From a virus: a stretch of DNA of 64,000 nucleotides. The translations under genes and the position numbers were made by a program. Shown here piece by piece: positions 20,901 to 31,144 of this stretch; position 1 is the stretch's first letter; every line of letters starts with the position of its first letter. The notes beneath the pieces were generated by a model. The model was given only the letters and a program-made list of their open reading frames with translations, had not been told where the DNA came from and searched no databases. Location: IMG/VR virus record IMGVR_UViG_3300029845_000007. The stretch is one strand, 5' to 3'.

Positions 20901-23900
20901 AAGTAGGAATTGCAGCATTACCGTATTGTATAGCTTCAACTTGACTATTAGTTATATTCAATGTCCTAAGTTTAGGAAGTTCAGACGCAGCTTGAATATC
21001 GTTAGCTGTATTAGTATTAGACATATTAAGTGTCTTAATATTAGGAGCACCTACAATATAAACAATAAGATTTCTGTTTGTACATGACGATATATTAATT
21101 GTTTCGACATTATTACAATTAGATACATTAAATGTAGTTAAGTTATCATTATTTGTACATATAATAGACTTTAAGTTAGGACATGAAGTAATCTTAATAG
21201 TATGTAAGTCTCCTAGATTACTAAGATTCAATTCAGTAATCTTATCACAAGAATCAATAGTAACTGTTTTTAATCTCCTACAACCGGAGAAATCTAATGA
21301 TTTCAAGAACGGTTGATTAACAAGACTAATACCTTCAATTGTTGAATTAGTAATATTCAAAGAAGAAAGAGAAGCATTAGGTAAAGATACAGAAGTTACA
21401 ACAGAACTAGATATATTCAAGTCTTTCAACTTAGTGTACTTCTCTATATTAACTGTAAATGTGCCTTGTCCAGCATTACCACTCCAAAATTTAGTATTAC
21501 TTAAATCAATATGTCGAACATCAGAAAAGTCTTCATCATTGACAAATATTGTTTCAAATGGAATAGGAGAATCACTAAGTGTATCAACAGATGATAAGTC
21601 TAGTTTAGAGAAACTAGGAAGTTTCATACTAGACATGAATCTTTGAAATCTCATTCCACCCAATCCTTCTATATCGTTAATTTGACGAGTATTATTAATA
21701 GTAATTTGTGTATTAAAAGAACTAATAGGAGATAATCTAATTTCAGTAGGTTTACCTTCTTCTAAGAAATATCTAGTATCAGTAGTATTACCAATGTTAA
21801 CTACAAATATAGCCGGACAATTGGAAGTAACAACCAGCTTAGGATTAGTTGCTTCTGCACCGCCTGCCGAAAACGTTCCTTTATTATTATAAGGTTGAAT
21901 ATTTGCAGCATTACTGTATTTAAACACTCCGTCAAAGAACCAAACGCGTTTCTTTAACCAGTCACGAACATATTCAATACGAGTACCATGTAAGAATTCT
22001 ATATTAGCATAAGACGCTTTACCACCAGCTTCACCAACATAAGCTGTAAGATACTTAACATTATAGTCATAATTAAATAATAACTCGCCACAATTAATTG
22101 TTTGAGCTGCGAAATAATTATCCACATAGTTATTAATATCTTTGCATATATTATCGTTATTTCTCCATAAGTCCCAAAGTCCTTCAAGAGAATTATCATA
22201 TACACCAGTATTAGCAAATACAGTATCTCTTAATACATCCCACATACGAGAACTATAAGTATCATATCCACCGTCAGCAGCATTCTTAGTAATAACTAAT
22301 GAATTAACATCATTCTTATCATTGTTACTAAATTTATCCAACCAAGCAGTTTTAGCAACAGATTCAAGAGCAACATTATCAAGTCCATTAGCCGTATCCA
22401 TATCATAGAATCTAATAAACCATTTCTTACTTCCATTAATATCATAACATACAATAGTCATATTCTTACCAAGAGAATCGACAAGTCCGTATTTTACACA
22501 TACTAATAAATAAGAAAAAGCATTTCTTATTGAGAACTTAGTATCAAGTTCAGCAGCAAGAGTAGACCAACTAGATTGTGCAGGATATTCACCTTCGGTT
22601 TCTTCATATCCTCCTACCGATTCATTCCAAATATACTTCTTAACTGTCGAAGTAGTCATTTGAGCAAAGATACTAAATAGTTCTTGTAGTACTCTCCAAA
22701 TATTATCATCAGTAACAGGAGCGGTTGGTTCTAACCAGTTACCACCGTTATATTTAAACTCACCTACATGCTTTATAATAGATAAGTCATCTTGCATAAA
22801 CAAAGCTAACGGTAATGTCTTATCACCGTCTACAATTATATTTGCATTTTCACCGAACTCATAAGAATAAACCTTACGTTGGTCTATGTTTCCAAACATT
22901 TCATCTTGAGCATAAGTATGATAAGAAGTAACAAAAGCAGGTAACTTATTATTTACATATTCTCCGGCTGTATTCTTTATCTTAGTAGTAAAGTCTTTCA
23001 TAAACCGGAAACCCATATTATAATAAGCTCCACGACCTAAGTTAAAACTATATATACCAAGCATAGTTTGAGTCTCTTCACCATCAAACTGAATAAGTAA
23101 TATAATAGGGAATCCTTCAAGTGTTTGCTTAATAGTTACCTTATCATGAACTGTCTTATCACGAGTATCTACTGGACGATGAGCTTCTAACTCTTCCATA
23201 GGTGGAGTTTTCTCGAATAAGAAATCCGAGTTATCATTAATCCATTTACCAATAGAAGCATTGTTAGCATGAGCACTATCTACAACATCAGCTTTAAGAG
23301 TAAACTGTCTTTCAGGAAACCAAGTCTCTTTAGGTTGGAATAACTCATAATCAAGGTTACTTCCGTCATCGGCTTTCAACATCTTATCAAATCTTATTTC
23401 CAAGTTCTTAATAAGATTGTTCATAGTAGAAGTACCTTGTTTAGAGACGGCAACATCAGTAGTATACTCAGAACTTGATTTACCGGAAGTTGGACTAAAG
23501 TAACTCATAGTACAACCAGTATACCAGTTATTATTCTGTCCACCTATTTCCTCAAATACAGCACGAGTAAAACCAGTATTAGCACAGTTAATCAACATAA
23601 TATCTACTGGAAGTACTTTAGTAGTATCGGAGATAAGACTATTAAAGTTAACGTTAGCATAAGTCTGATTAATATCGTCCCAAAGTGTTGAGTTTGGTTC
23701 AGAATCAGAAGTAGAGAAGAAGTTTCTTAACTTCATTCTGTTATATTCTGTAAAATCTACACTACCGTCAGCTAATAGAGTTGCTCTAGCTTTTGAGTTC
23801 ATTGCATTGATAACAATCTGTTTATCATTCGCAGGAACACGGAACAACTTAATATCATAGAAGTTAACATCAGCAAAATTCTGAATTTGTCCAGCATTAC

Positions 23901-25812
23901 TAATATCGCAACCTAGATATATCTTTGAACTAGTTCTCCAAGTAAAGTCATTCTTTATTTCACGAGCAGTACTAAGAATACCGTTAATAAAGATAGCAAC
24001 AACCATCTTTCCTGGATTCTTATTAACTATAAAATCAACAGTATTAATAACATCTTGTTGTATCTTACAACTCATAGTCTCTTTAATATTACCGTCAGTA
24101 TAAGACCAAGTAATATCTTCAAGACCTATCTTAATACCTTCCGAGAATTGCTCATCTGTATTGTAATCCCCTATAAAGAAGACTGTTCTATTTGAGAAAG
24201 GATGTCTATCTGACTTGAATGTACACGATATACCAAAGCCTTGTCTTGACCAGTTATTAAGAGTAGTAGTATCATCTTTAAATGGTTGTACATCAATTAC
24301 TCCATAAGCCTCTCCTGATATACGTAACATTAATTGTCCGTTCTTTGTTAAGAAGCCTGAAAGAACACCATTAGTATTATATACATTTAGTTCAGTTGTA
24401 GCACCACTAGGTTCAATAGCACCAGGAACTGTGAATGAAGGTTCATTACTTGTCCAAACTTTAGTAGTAGATACTTGTGGAAAACTTTCTTGGCGAATAT
24501 GCCAACTAGCATATCTACTATTATTAGGATTTTGGTCAGCAATAAGTACTTGAGAACTAGATACAACTTCACAAGCTAAAACAGTATCAGTAATAGGGTC
24601 ACCTTTTTCAGACCAACAACGAAGAGTTATATTCCAATTACCTAATACTTCTCCTTCAGTTGGAATAGCATAACTAAATACTTGTTGTTTACCACGCTGC
24701 ACATATTGGTTATTATTATAGTTTCCTTCATCAAAGTAACCTATATCTTTAATAATACCATTATGTTCTATTCTAACAGCATAATAGATAAGACTTACTC
24801 CTGCAAGATACGGAGTGAATGCAAATGATATATTACCGCTTTGAGAGAACTTAGTTCTTTCAACTCCTGAATCTACTTCTGCCTTACTAGTAATACCTTC
24901 TACAAGTATTACTAGGTTTACACCGTCTTCTACTACTACACGATTTGTTACCTTATCTGATTGAACAGTTTGTTCATTCATTGAAGTAAATGCTTGCGCC
25001 TGTATGGTATAAGAACTACCAGCAATAATACTTCCTAAATCCCATAAGTTAACATTGACTTGTCTAGGAGCAGTAGAAGTAGTTTTACCTAATTCAATAG
25101 TTTTACTAGCACCATTAGTTACATTAGTAACTACAAGATTAACATCTGAACCAATAATCTTACTAGTAATACTATAAGTAAAGAAGTAATCAATACCAAC
25201 AGTTGCAGTATTTCCTGATACAGAACTAGCAAGTTTAATACTTACTTCTACTATATTTAATAGATATGATTCAGCAGAGAATCCGTCTGTATCATTGGCT
25301 GTAATTACAACAGAGTGATTACTATTAGAAGAGAATCTGTCTAACTGCGGAATATTAAGAGTTCCAGGAGTATTAGTCCATGCTTCTTTACCTTCGATAA
25401 TTTTATTACCGTCAAGAGTAACAGTAATAAAATATCGCTTATTATTCTTAGAAGAAGTAATAAGATATTCTAGTTTAATATTAGTAGTTACAGTAGAATA
25501 AAGATAATTAGTATTACCTTCTTTTACTATATTACCATTAGTAAGTGTTATTTTATCTCCGGTAGCTCCTCCACCACCGCCACTTCCACCACCACCATGT
25601 TCGGCAAGCCAAGCAATATAACCACCATGTTTCTTCAATGCTTCATCGTGGCGAACAAGAACATCATTAAGACTTTCCGTAGTCTTACCTTCTTCTGCAA
25701 GGTCAGGGTCAATAAGACGAGGGTCATCGACCACAATTCCAGTAGCTTTACCTGAAGACGATATATCCCAAGTTCCAGTATCAGGATTATATCTTTTAAT
25801 ATCATCTGCCAT
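17941..25812 (-). CDS. Giant tail fibre or receptor-binding protein (2623 aa). It has an N-terminal GGGGSGGGGG linker, a LamG/concanavalin-like jelly-roll region and a BspA-type leucine-rich-repeat region.
   Basis: Uninterrupted 7.9-kb ORF. LRR periodicity (L..L.L..N/C..L) is visible across about 250 aa, encoded near 20.9–21.7 kb. A LamG-like segment (VVAIFINGIL...KIYLGC) lies near 23.8–24.1 kb. Confidence 0.85.
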   Translation of the reverse strand: MADDIKRYNPDTGTWDISSSGKATGIVVDDPRLIDPDLAEEGKTTESLNDVLVRHDEALKKHGGYIAWLAEHGGGGSGGGGGATGDKITLTNGNIVKEGNTNYLYSTVTTNIKLEYLITSSKNNKRYFITVTLDGNKIIEGKEAWTNTPGTLNIPQLDRFSSNSNHSVVITANDTDGFSAESYLLNIVEVSIKLASSVSGNTATVGIDYFFTYSITSKIIGSDVNLVVTNVTNGASKTIELGKTTSTAPRQVNVNLWDLGSIIAGSSYTIQAQAFTSMNEQTVQSDKVTNRVVVEDGVNLVILVEGITSKAEVDSGVERTKFSQSGNISFAFTPYLAGVSLIYYAVRIEHNGIIKDIGYFDEGNYNNNQYVQRGKQQVFSYAIPTEGEVLGNWNITLRCWSEKGDPITDTVLACEVVSSSQVLIADQNPNNSRYASWHIRQESFPQVSTTKVWTSNEPSFTVPGAIEPSGATTELNVYNTNGVLSGFLTKNGQLMLRISGEAYGVIDVQPFKDDTTTLNNWSRQGFGISCTFKSDRHPFSNRTVFFIGDYNTDEQFSEGIKIGLEDITWSYTDGNIKETMSCKIQQDVINTVDFIVNKNPGKMVVAIFINGILSTAREIKNDFTWRTSSKIYLGCDISNAGQIQNFADVNFYDIKLFRVPANDKQIVINAMNSKARATLLADGSVDFTEYNRMKLRNFFSTSDSEPNSTLWDDINQTYANVNFNSLISDTTKVLPVDIMLINCANTGFTRAVFEEIGGQNNNWYTGCTMSYFSPTSGKSSSEYTTDVAVSKQGTSTMNNLIKNLEIRFDKMLKADDGSNLDYELFQPKETWFPERQFTLKADVVDSAHANNASIGKWINDNSDFLFEKTPPMEELEAHRPVDTRDKTVHDKVTIKQTLEGFPIILLIQFDGEETQTMLGIYSFNLGRGAYYNMGFRFMKDFTTKIKNTAGEYVNNKLPAFVTSYHTYAQDEMFGNIDQRKVYSYEFGENANIIVDGDKTLPLALFMQDDLSIIKHVGEFKYNGGNWLEPTAPVTDDNIWRVLQELFSIFAQMTTSTVKKYIWNESVGGYEETEGEYPAQSSWSTLAAELDTKFSIRNAFSYLLVCVKYGLVDSLGKNMTIVCYDINGSKKWFIRFYDMDTANGLDNVALESVAKTAWLDKFSNNDKNDVNSLVITKNAADGGYDTYSSRMWDVLRDTVFANTGVYDNSLEGLWDLWRNNDNICKDINNYVDNYFAAQTINCGELLFNYDYNVKYLTAYVGEAGGKASYANIEFLHGTRIEYVRDWLKKRVWFFDGVFKYSNAANIQPYNNKGTFSAGGAEATNPKLVVTSNCPAIFVVNIGNTTDTRYFLEEGKPTEIRLSPISSFNTQITINNTRQINDIEGLGGMRFQRFMSSMKLPSFSKLDLSSVDTLSDSPIPFETIFVNDEDFSDVRHIDLSNTKFWSGNAGQGTFTVNIEKYTKLKDLNISSSVVTSVSLPNASLSSLNITNSTIEGISLVNQPFLKSLDFSGCRRLKTVTIDSCDKITELNLSNLGDLHTIKITSCPNLKSIICTNNDNLTTFNVSNCNNVETINISSCTNRNLIVYIVGAPNIKTLNMSNTNTANDIQAASELPKLRTLNITNSQVEAIQYGNAAIPTYNGNKIFDVSQLIDLQFSVQNAKGVHYFKFNNNKEHPFNVGSAFFVGCSNLKRVFGHISLNGNGVFNQCSKFYIHEPKEKVEGITPDYKGEWFGPNTGTTEGKTSWNNNIDLGTNFTIGTTNCSTMFNGTNCSIYDVYYFLYKCDNVTTLSSCFASAKNIKWDLLDSPRRNMFNHCTKVVNINSLFWGLQPQDFKILTSTYNYGSTEHNGLFSPLVNVQYMDSIFLFGGTRYTSPDFLAKFKENVPSKLKRLSNLSSGVIKFVDNINSCPSDSTINNHLVSANCGTLLANLPDLEYLISMFNGSNIDFNQITDEDVEDGVKYCPLFYKNTKLKYIQNSFKELVNSTGSLYNIFGGTVKNKVNLRFPTALYGIYNSFSIGDNSTITFPIHNSMFSRLKNSLKYITGQQAINQSTLGCFQGFTKEFIKEEDEVFPYDVFTNCSAIVEIPGFFSKLILPANSVIELPLNSFKTNYNLTNISYLYYDMKNCKYSLTGKGFSNCKLVNVYKCFSEIETSFVKKGFIPYGLFYMEQTSNVSYKGWNEVDAASQNITENYGIDSEGNWIESAEMPVEITYSKQRTLPRKTIVNMSYCLERFQSTEAQGYTMNYGNLTPSNYGDIIVPNEKYNPVKYILNPNYDPREWLDDEHTMLNYNRDIHRVILNKDFDKYELAWNEYCVDGLSGLEDIVRDSALYSAISTGSINCSPVIPNRFKDNAGSFAPPSDANANKKVLNYICSPDLFYYCTNGNNMQVNGVFFGSGRVNGKIGYNYLDYGLRGRIPPHLFYPISNATDLSYTFYRMPLLNPYKWSVSNREDGEFYSADTFSKLTKLISLSNMFYFCIIPAHINLPIDSYVNCIQLQDISSMFLAAQFESTSAMRQQVDGNLFNKNVNLRNISYAFASGQTVGDWSDRSPKKINSTLFNVDKHKRLTNVTGLFYNAVSTVGSVPEFWNWLNTLDAASRANVFYAMKKSNLSNSESIPTDWANGMTD

Positions 25813-25814
25813 AA

Positions 25815-28800
25815 TTATTCAATATTATAATTTGGAAATTTAATATTTATAATATCATTACCATTATTAGTTTCACCATTACCACCAACAACATTGTAAT
25901 TAGGATTAAGACCTTCTATGTTAACATTGTATTTACCTGAATTATTAAATACATTAGATAACTTTTTGACAGTAATCGTTGCTTGATAATAATAAGTAGA
26001 ATCATCAACCTCACCTTTATTAAGGAAATACTTAATATAAAAAGGATAACGTTGACCTGCATTTACTTTAGCTGTAACATCTGTCTTACTATTAATAGTA
26101 ATACTAGCTGGAAAGAAATACCTTAACCACGGAATATTAGGACTAGGTAGTTCTTTATTACTAGTATGTTTATATCCCGTAGCTTGACACATTAAATATA
26201 TAGGAGCTGTAATTTCCTCAACTAGTTGAAACGTACACAAATGTTTAAGCATATCGAAATTCGCATTATTCTTCCAAGATTTAGGGAAAGATTGCCCTTG
26301 TAAAGCTCCTTCGGCTGTTTCGGTATATAATTCATCTGAATTAAAATCTTTCTTTAGAACTTCCGCAGTGACCTGTATGATAGGCTTCATAGAGCTGTTT
26401 TCGTTCTCTAAAATGGGATAGCTGCAACTGTACGTATGTTTGTGTCCGCCAAGACATAAACGGTAATTATGGGTCTGTAAGAACTTTGAGAACCAATATG
26501 CATTAGCTTTAGTGGTATTAAAGTTCAAACGACTACCGCTTCGTTCTACGCTAGTATCTTCTTTACCGTCCCAATAGAATGAATTAATAAGATTTTGAGT
26601 AATAATAGTAAAAGGCATTTCATGACAATAAGCTATCTTAGCTTTAGCATTAATAGCTTTTGCATCATCTCTTTCACACCATTGTTTTATTAAGTCATAC
26701 ATTACTCCGGTAGTAGAAAGTCCATAAACACTTCGTTCAGTATTAGAACTTATCTCACTATTAACACATAAGAAATGAGTATGACCAACATCGAATGAGT
26801 ATAATGATTCAACGAATATTTCCTTTCCTTCAACAGTAAATACAGGAGGATTTTCTTCATCCATTTCATAACAATAGAAAAAACGAATGTTAGTAGCATT
26901 GATTTTAGAATCATCTCCACCGTCACCAAGAACATAGACATTAGCAGGAGTAAGGTCATTGTTACCAACAGTAACCATTTCTGCAATATCATATAAAGAT
27001 GCTCTACCAGCTTCGTAATCTAACCATTCATTAATACGATTACCATTCTGTGTCATATCACCAGTATTAATCATAAAGTAGCACATAGATATGTTACTAG
27101 TTTCATATCTATTAAAGTCCTTCTTTATTTGGTCAGCGACTATTCTCCACACATTATATTCATCCCAATTAAAACCTTGTTGGTCGGAAGTCTGAACAAA
27201 GTTAAGAGCATCATTTTCCATATTTTCACTCATAACTACAAACCTACGAACATCGCTCTTATAAGTTTCATCTCTACCTACGTAATATTCATAATAGACA
27301 TTCTTGTCTCTTGTATGAGTATCATACTGTTCTCCTAGATGAGTAAGTATTACCTTATGAGTAGTAAACGGAGTACCGTCAGTAGTTATGGCTCTAATAC
27401 GATTATAGTATTTACGAACACCAGTTTCATTCTTAAACGATTCTACTTTAGTCCATTCAGTATAACTATTATCACTACGGTATGCACGATACCATAAGTA
27501 TTCATCATAATAACCTACGGAAACCCAATTAAAACATCTACTAGCATCATCATTAGGTTCGTTACTTTCATTAATGGTATAACAAGCCTTACGTCCTAAA
27601 CTCATAGTGACTTTATTAGGTTTAGTACTATCTAATAAAGTCTTATTAAAGAATATATTCTTATTTTCAAAACTAGCTCTAGGAGTATAAGATTCTACCC
27701 TAGGAATAACATCGGCTTCTAGGTTAACAAAGTACATATCATTAGCGTTATTTCTAGCACTAAGAGCTTTAGTAGCTTGCTTAACATTATCCATAGTATA
27801 ATACTTAGTAAACAAATACTTACTACTAAGATAACCATAAGCAGTATTTTCAGCAGCATCAACTTTATCAGCATCACCAGCATTAGCTATTTGTAGTCCA
27901 ACCAAATCAATATAACCTTTAGATACCCTTATGGGGGAAGTCGCGTTATTATAAGGATTTGCAACTGAACTAGGTTCTGTTCCCCAAGTCAAGAAGAACT
28001 TAGCTTTCTTATTATCAAACTTAATAGGATTACCGTCACTAGCAATCCATTCCATATCATAGTTCTCAACTTTAATACGAGTAGTATTAATATTCATTAC
28101 GGAACATTGAGCGCCTCTAATTAAAAATGTCGAACCAGCTTTGATATTCCCCCATAAAGGGAGCGTCTCCCAGTCTCCTCCTTCTGTACCATACTGTAAT
28201 GATAATCCCTTTAGAGATATATCTTTACCTGTAAGATTACTAAGTTCAACGAAGTTATGAGAACATGGATTATAACTATATTCATCACTTGTAATACCAC
28301 CACAATATAATGAATTAATATATAACTTTTGTAGATATAATGTAGTTACATAAACCCAACCAGTTTCAAGGTCTTCTTGTTCACCAGTAGGTTCAGCTTG
28401 AGCTGTATCTAGTTCTTTCTTATATACTACTAATTGTCCATTGTTATTTACCTTAACTCGATATATTTGTCCGTTCGGTGCAACAAATCCAATAGTATCT
28501 AATTTGTCTAAAGCATCATAATCTATACTACCTCCACCTCCTGAACTACTACCAGTAAGATTAACAGGTTCTCCATTAATCTTAGTATACAGACGTTTTA
28601 CATCAGTAGCAATAAGAAGTTCGTAATCTACGAAGTCATTAAAATTATCTTGAATTTCTTTAAGTGTTCCATAATGACCACGAACAGCTTTAGTATTAGG
28701 TTCATATTGGTCTGTTTCAGGTTCGAGACTTTCACCAACAGCTGCAACACGAATAGCTAACTGTCCAGTATTTGGGTCAATAGGTTCGTATTCTTTTAGA

Positions 28801-29276
28801 ACCGACTTTGTAAAGGTATTACTAACATGACCAGGATTTATAATTAAGTCTCTCTGATGTACAATAGTATCAAGGTAGTTTTGTATAACTTGAATAGCTT
28901 GAATTATTGGAGCTAATTTCTCATCCTCTTCAAGAGCTGTTCCAAGACCAGAAGTATCTACCCAAAGAGCATTAATATTAGCTGGCGGAGTATCTTGAAT
29001 ATAAACTGTTTGTATAGGTTTATCTCCACCACCGGCTTGTTTAATAACCAAATGTTCGTTATCAATACCGCCATTAAACCAATATTCATTAATACTATTA
29101 TTATGTTTAATACCAATAGTAAGTCCAACACTACGTAATTCAGGAGTAAGAGTTTCAAGAGCTTCTTTAACACTGCTATAAGGTCCGTACTTAGCATCAA
29201 TATCAGGTAGAGGATTATAGTTATCATCTACACTGTTATTAATAATAGGTTGACCTATACTTATTCCTTTTCTCAT
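25815..29276 (-). CDS. Large tail protein (1153 aa) with an embedded calcineurin-like metallophosphoesterase-like domain.
   Basis: Motifs GDMTQNG (GDxxxxG), GNND (GNHD/E-like), GHTH and GGHKH (GHxH) lie within about aa 640–950, which is about nt 26426–27359. The N-terminus ends in a GGGGS linker. Confidence 0.8.
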   Translation of the reverse strand: MRKGISIGQPIINNSVDDNYNPLPDIDAKYGPYSSVKEALETLTPELRSVGLTIGIKHNNSINEYWFNGGIDNEHLVIKQAGGGDKPIQTVYIQDTPPANINALWVDTSGLGTALEEDEKLAPIIQAIQVIQNYLDTIVHQRDLIINPGHVSNTFTKSVLKEYEPIDPNTGQLAIRVAAVGESLEPETDQYEPNTKAVRGHYGTLKEIQDNFNDFVDYELLIATDVKRLYTKINGEPVNLTGSSSGGGGSIDYDALDKLDTIGFVAPNGQIYRVKVNNNGQLVVYKKELDTAQAEPTGEQEDLETGWVYVTTLYLQKLYINSLYCGGITSDEYSYNPCSHNFVELSNLTGKDISLKGLSLQYGTEGGDWETLPLWGNIKAGSTFLIRGAQCSVMNINTTRIKVENYDMEWIASDGNPIKFDNKKAKFFLTWGTEPSSVANPYNNATSPIRVSKGYIDLVGLQIANAGDADKVDAAENTAYGYLSSKYLFTKYYTMDNVKQATKALSARNNANDMYFVNLEADVIPRVESYTPRASFENKNIFFNKTLLDSTKPNKVTMSLGRKACYTINESNEPNDDASRCFNWVSVGYYDEYLWYRAYRSDNSYTEWTKVESFKNETGVRKYYNRIRAITTDGTPFTTHKVILTHLGEQYDTHTRDKNVYYEYYVGRDETYKSDVRRFVVMSENMENDALNFVQTSDQQGFNWDEYNVWRIVADQIKKDFNRYETSNISMCYFMINTGDMTQNGNRINEWLDYEAGRASLYDIAEMVTVGNNDLTPANVYVLGDGGDDSKINATNIRFFYCYEMDEENPPVFTVEGKEIFVESLYSFDVGHTHFLCVNSEISSNTERSVYGLSTTGVMYDLIKQWCERDDAKAINAKAKIAYCHEMPFTIITQNLINSFYWDGKEDTSVERSGSRLNFNTTKANAYWFSKFLQTHNYRLCLGGHKHTYSCSYPILENENSSMKPIIQVTAEVLKKDFNSDELYTETAEGALQGQSFPKSWKNNANFDMLKHLCTFQLVEEITAPIYLMCQATGYKHTSNKELPSPNIPWLRYFFPASITINSKTDVTAKVNAGQRYPFYIKYFLNKGEVDDSTYYYQATITVKKLSNVFNNSGKYNVNIEGLNPNYNVVGGNGETNNGNDIINIKFPNYNIE

Positions 29277-29277
29277 A

Positions 29278-30246
29278 TTACTTGTTTTTACAGGTTATAC
29301 GAATAGTATCATCAAATACAGAAGGAGAATATAAGAAGAATACTTTATAATGTATATCGTCAACAATACCACCAGGATTGTTAGTCTTATAAGCACCGTC
29401 TGAACCGTCCCAAAGAGTAGTAACAAGAGTAGTACCATATTCAGCTTTAACAAGCGTCATAAGTGTATCGGGTATAAGAAGATAATGAATCTTCTTTTCT
29501 TGATGAATAGTAAATGTATTATTCTTATCTCCTGTAATAGTTCTAGGAGTATTACCTTCTAGTGCCATAATATCACTAACAGACATATTTTGAAATGTCT
29601 GCGGTGCAATATCAGTATGTCCATAATACATAACATTCATTTTAGGAATAGACTTACATTCGACAATAAAGTCATTAGAATAATATGTTTCACCGTCTTC
29701 TCCTTCTATACTAGCTCTAAATATATAAACTTGTCCTACTTGAGCATTAAGTGTTAATTCATTAAACTTAGCCGGACTATCAATAGATAATCCTGAAGCT
29801 ATAATATTTTCTCTTTCGTTAATAACTCGATATATAGTAAGAGTATCTTTAGTTACATATTCTTTATTAGCGATAACAAATGTAGCTTCATTATATTTTA
29901 TCTGTTGAGCACCAGTAATTGACATAGGAATATTAAGTTCAAATGTCATAAATACAGGTTTCTCATCAGTAGTATATTCAGTACAATTCAAAGCTAAAGA
30001 AACATTAATATAATTAATGAGTAAATCTGCCTGTTTCCAATAACCTAATGTATAGGCGGCACAAGCAGATTGAAACATATTCCAACAATTAATGACTTGA
30101 CGATTGATACCTTTACAAGTAGAAGTACAATCTTTAATCATGTCTACTCCTAAGTCACTTAACTTAATAAGTAGTTTTTTATAAACACAATTATACTTAC
30201 TTGGAACATCAAGATAAGTATACATTCCATCTTCGTTCTTTCTCAT
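29278..30246 (-). CDS. Hypothetical structural protein (322 aa).
   Basis: ORF, coupled to neighbours. Confidence 0.65.
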   Translation of the reverse strand: MRKNEDGMYTYLDVPSKYNCVYKKLLIKLSDLGVDMIKDCTSTCKGINRQVINCWNMFQSACAAYTLGYWKQADLLINYINVSLALNCTEYTTDEKPVFMTFELNIPMSITGAQQIKYNEATFVIANKEYVTKDTLTIYRVINERENIIASGLSIDSPAKFNELTLNAQVGQVYIFRASIEGEDGETYYSNDFIVECKSIPKMNVMYYGHTDIAPQTFQNMSVSDIMALEGNTPRTITGDKNNTFTIHQEKKIHYLLIPDTLMTLVKAEYGTTLVTTLWDGSDGAYKTNNPGGIVDDIHYKVFFLYSPSVFDDTIRITCKNK

Positions 30247-30461
30247 TGCATTACTATTAATTCGTTATACATTGCAATTAGATTTTGTTGTTGTTCTTCA
30301 CTAAGTTTAGATTCTACATTAGACATATTACTAAGAATAACCATAGCATTATATCTACATATATCTTCATTAGTAAGAACGAATCCAATGTTGGAGAGAT
30401 GTACAACTTGTACACCTCTATCAACTAATTTGCTTTTTACATTATCGAAGTTTATGTCCAT
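30243..30461 (-). CDS. Small hypothetical protein (72 aa).
   Basis: ORF with ATGA-type overlaps on both sides. Confidence 0.45.
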   Translation of the reverse strand: MDINFDNVKSKLVDRGVQVVHLSNIGFVLTNEDICRYNAMVILSNMSNVESKLSEEQQQNLIAMYNELIVMQ

Positions 30462-31051
30462 TACTTTAATGTATTATTTGTTATATAAGTTATGTAAGAC
30501 TGAAACTTCAAGTTTATTTTATTATTAAAACTAGATATTTTATCTTCTTTACTAAGATTGTCATTAAACACTATCTCTATTATAGACTTCTCTACTGATG
30601 GCATCCAATCCTTTTTCATATTATCACTAGCCTTTACTCCATTAATCTTATATAAAGCTAAGCTAGAGAATACACTGTAAAACTCTGCATTAACTATATT
30701 ATGGATATTAGCAAGTATATTATCTTTATTAGTATGGATATGGTTATTAATAACAGTATTAGTAACGAACATTGTCAATCTCATTGCCGAAGCGAGCATA
30801 GAATCTTCTATTGCAGTCTTACATTTGTCCTTATCTTTATCTATGATATTCTTTGTAATATCAGTAATAAATGTCGAGACTTGTAATAATGATTTAGATA
30901 CTTCATCAAGAGTATCACTAGTAGAACTAACAAACTTTTCGCTTTCAGTCTTTTTCTTATTATCCAACCATTTGTATAATAGTAGGAAAATAGAAATTGT
31001 TATCAGGGAACTCAATCCTTGATTAAGAGCAGATTCGATAATTTCCTTCAT
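30461..31051 (-). CDS. Hypothetical protein with an N-terminal TM helix (196 aa).
   Basis: ORF. Confidence 0.55.
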   Translation of the reverse strand: MKEIIESALNQGLSSLITISIFLLLYKWLDNKKKTESEKFVSSTSDTLDEVSKSLLQVSTFITDITKNIIDKDKDKCKTAIEDSMLASAMRLTMFVTNTVINNHIHTNKDNILANIHNIVNAEFYSVFSSLALYKINGVKASDNMKKDWMPSVEKSIIEIVFNDNLSKEDKISSFNNKINLKFQSYITYITNNTLK

Positions 31052-31144
31052 CCCTATCTATGATTAAAGGGATTACTACTAATATTAAATACTAATAGCA
31101 ACCCCTTTATTAAACTATTACGAGTTATATTTACAATATCTTCT

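Noticed and set aside
942-29276. Virion RNA polymerase (DxDGD-motif) domains within the four giant proteins.
   Set aside because: A scan of the translations by eye found no DxDGD or NADFDGD-like catalytic motif. If this phage encodes a crAss-type vRNAP, it probably lies outside this window. Profile searches are needed to be sure.
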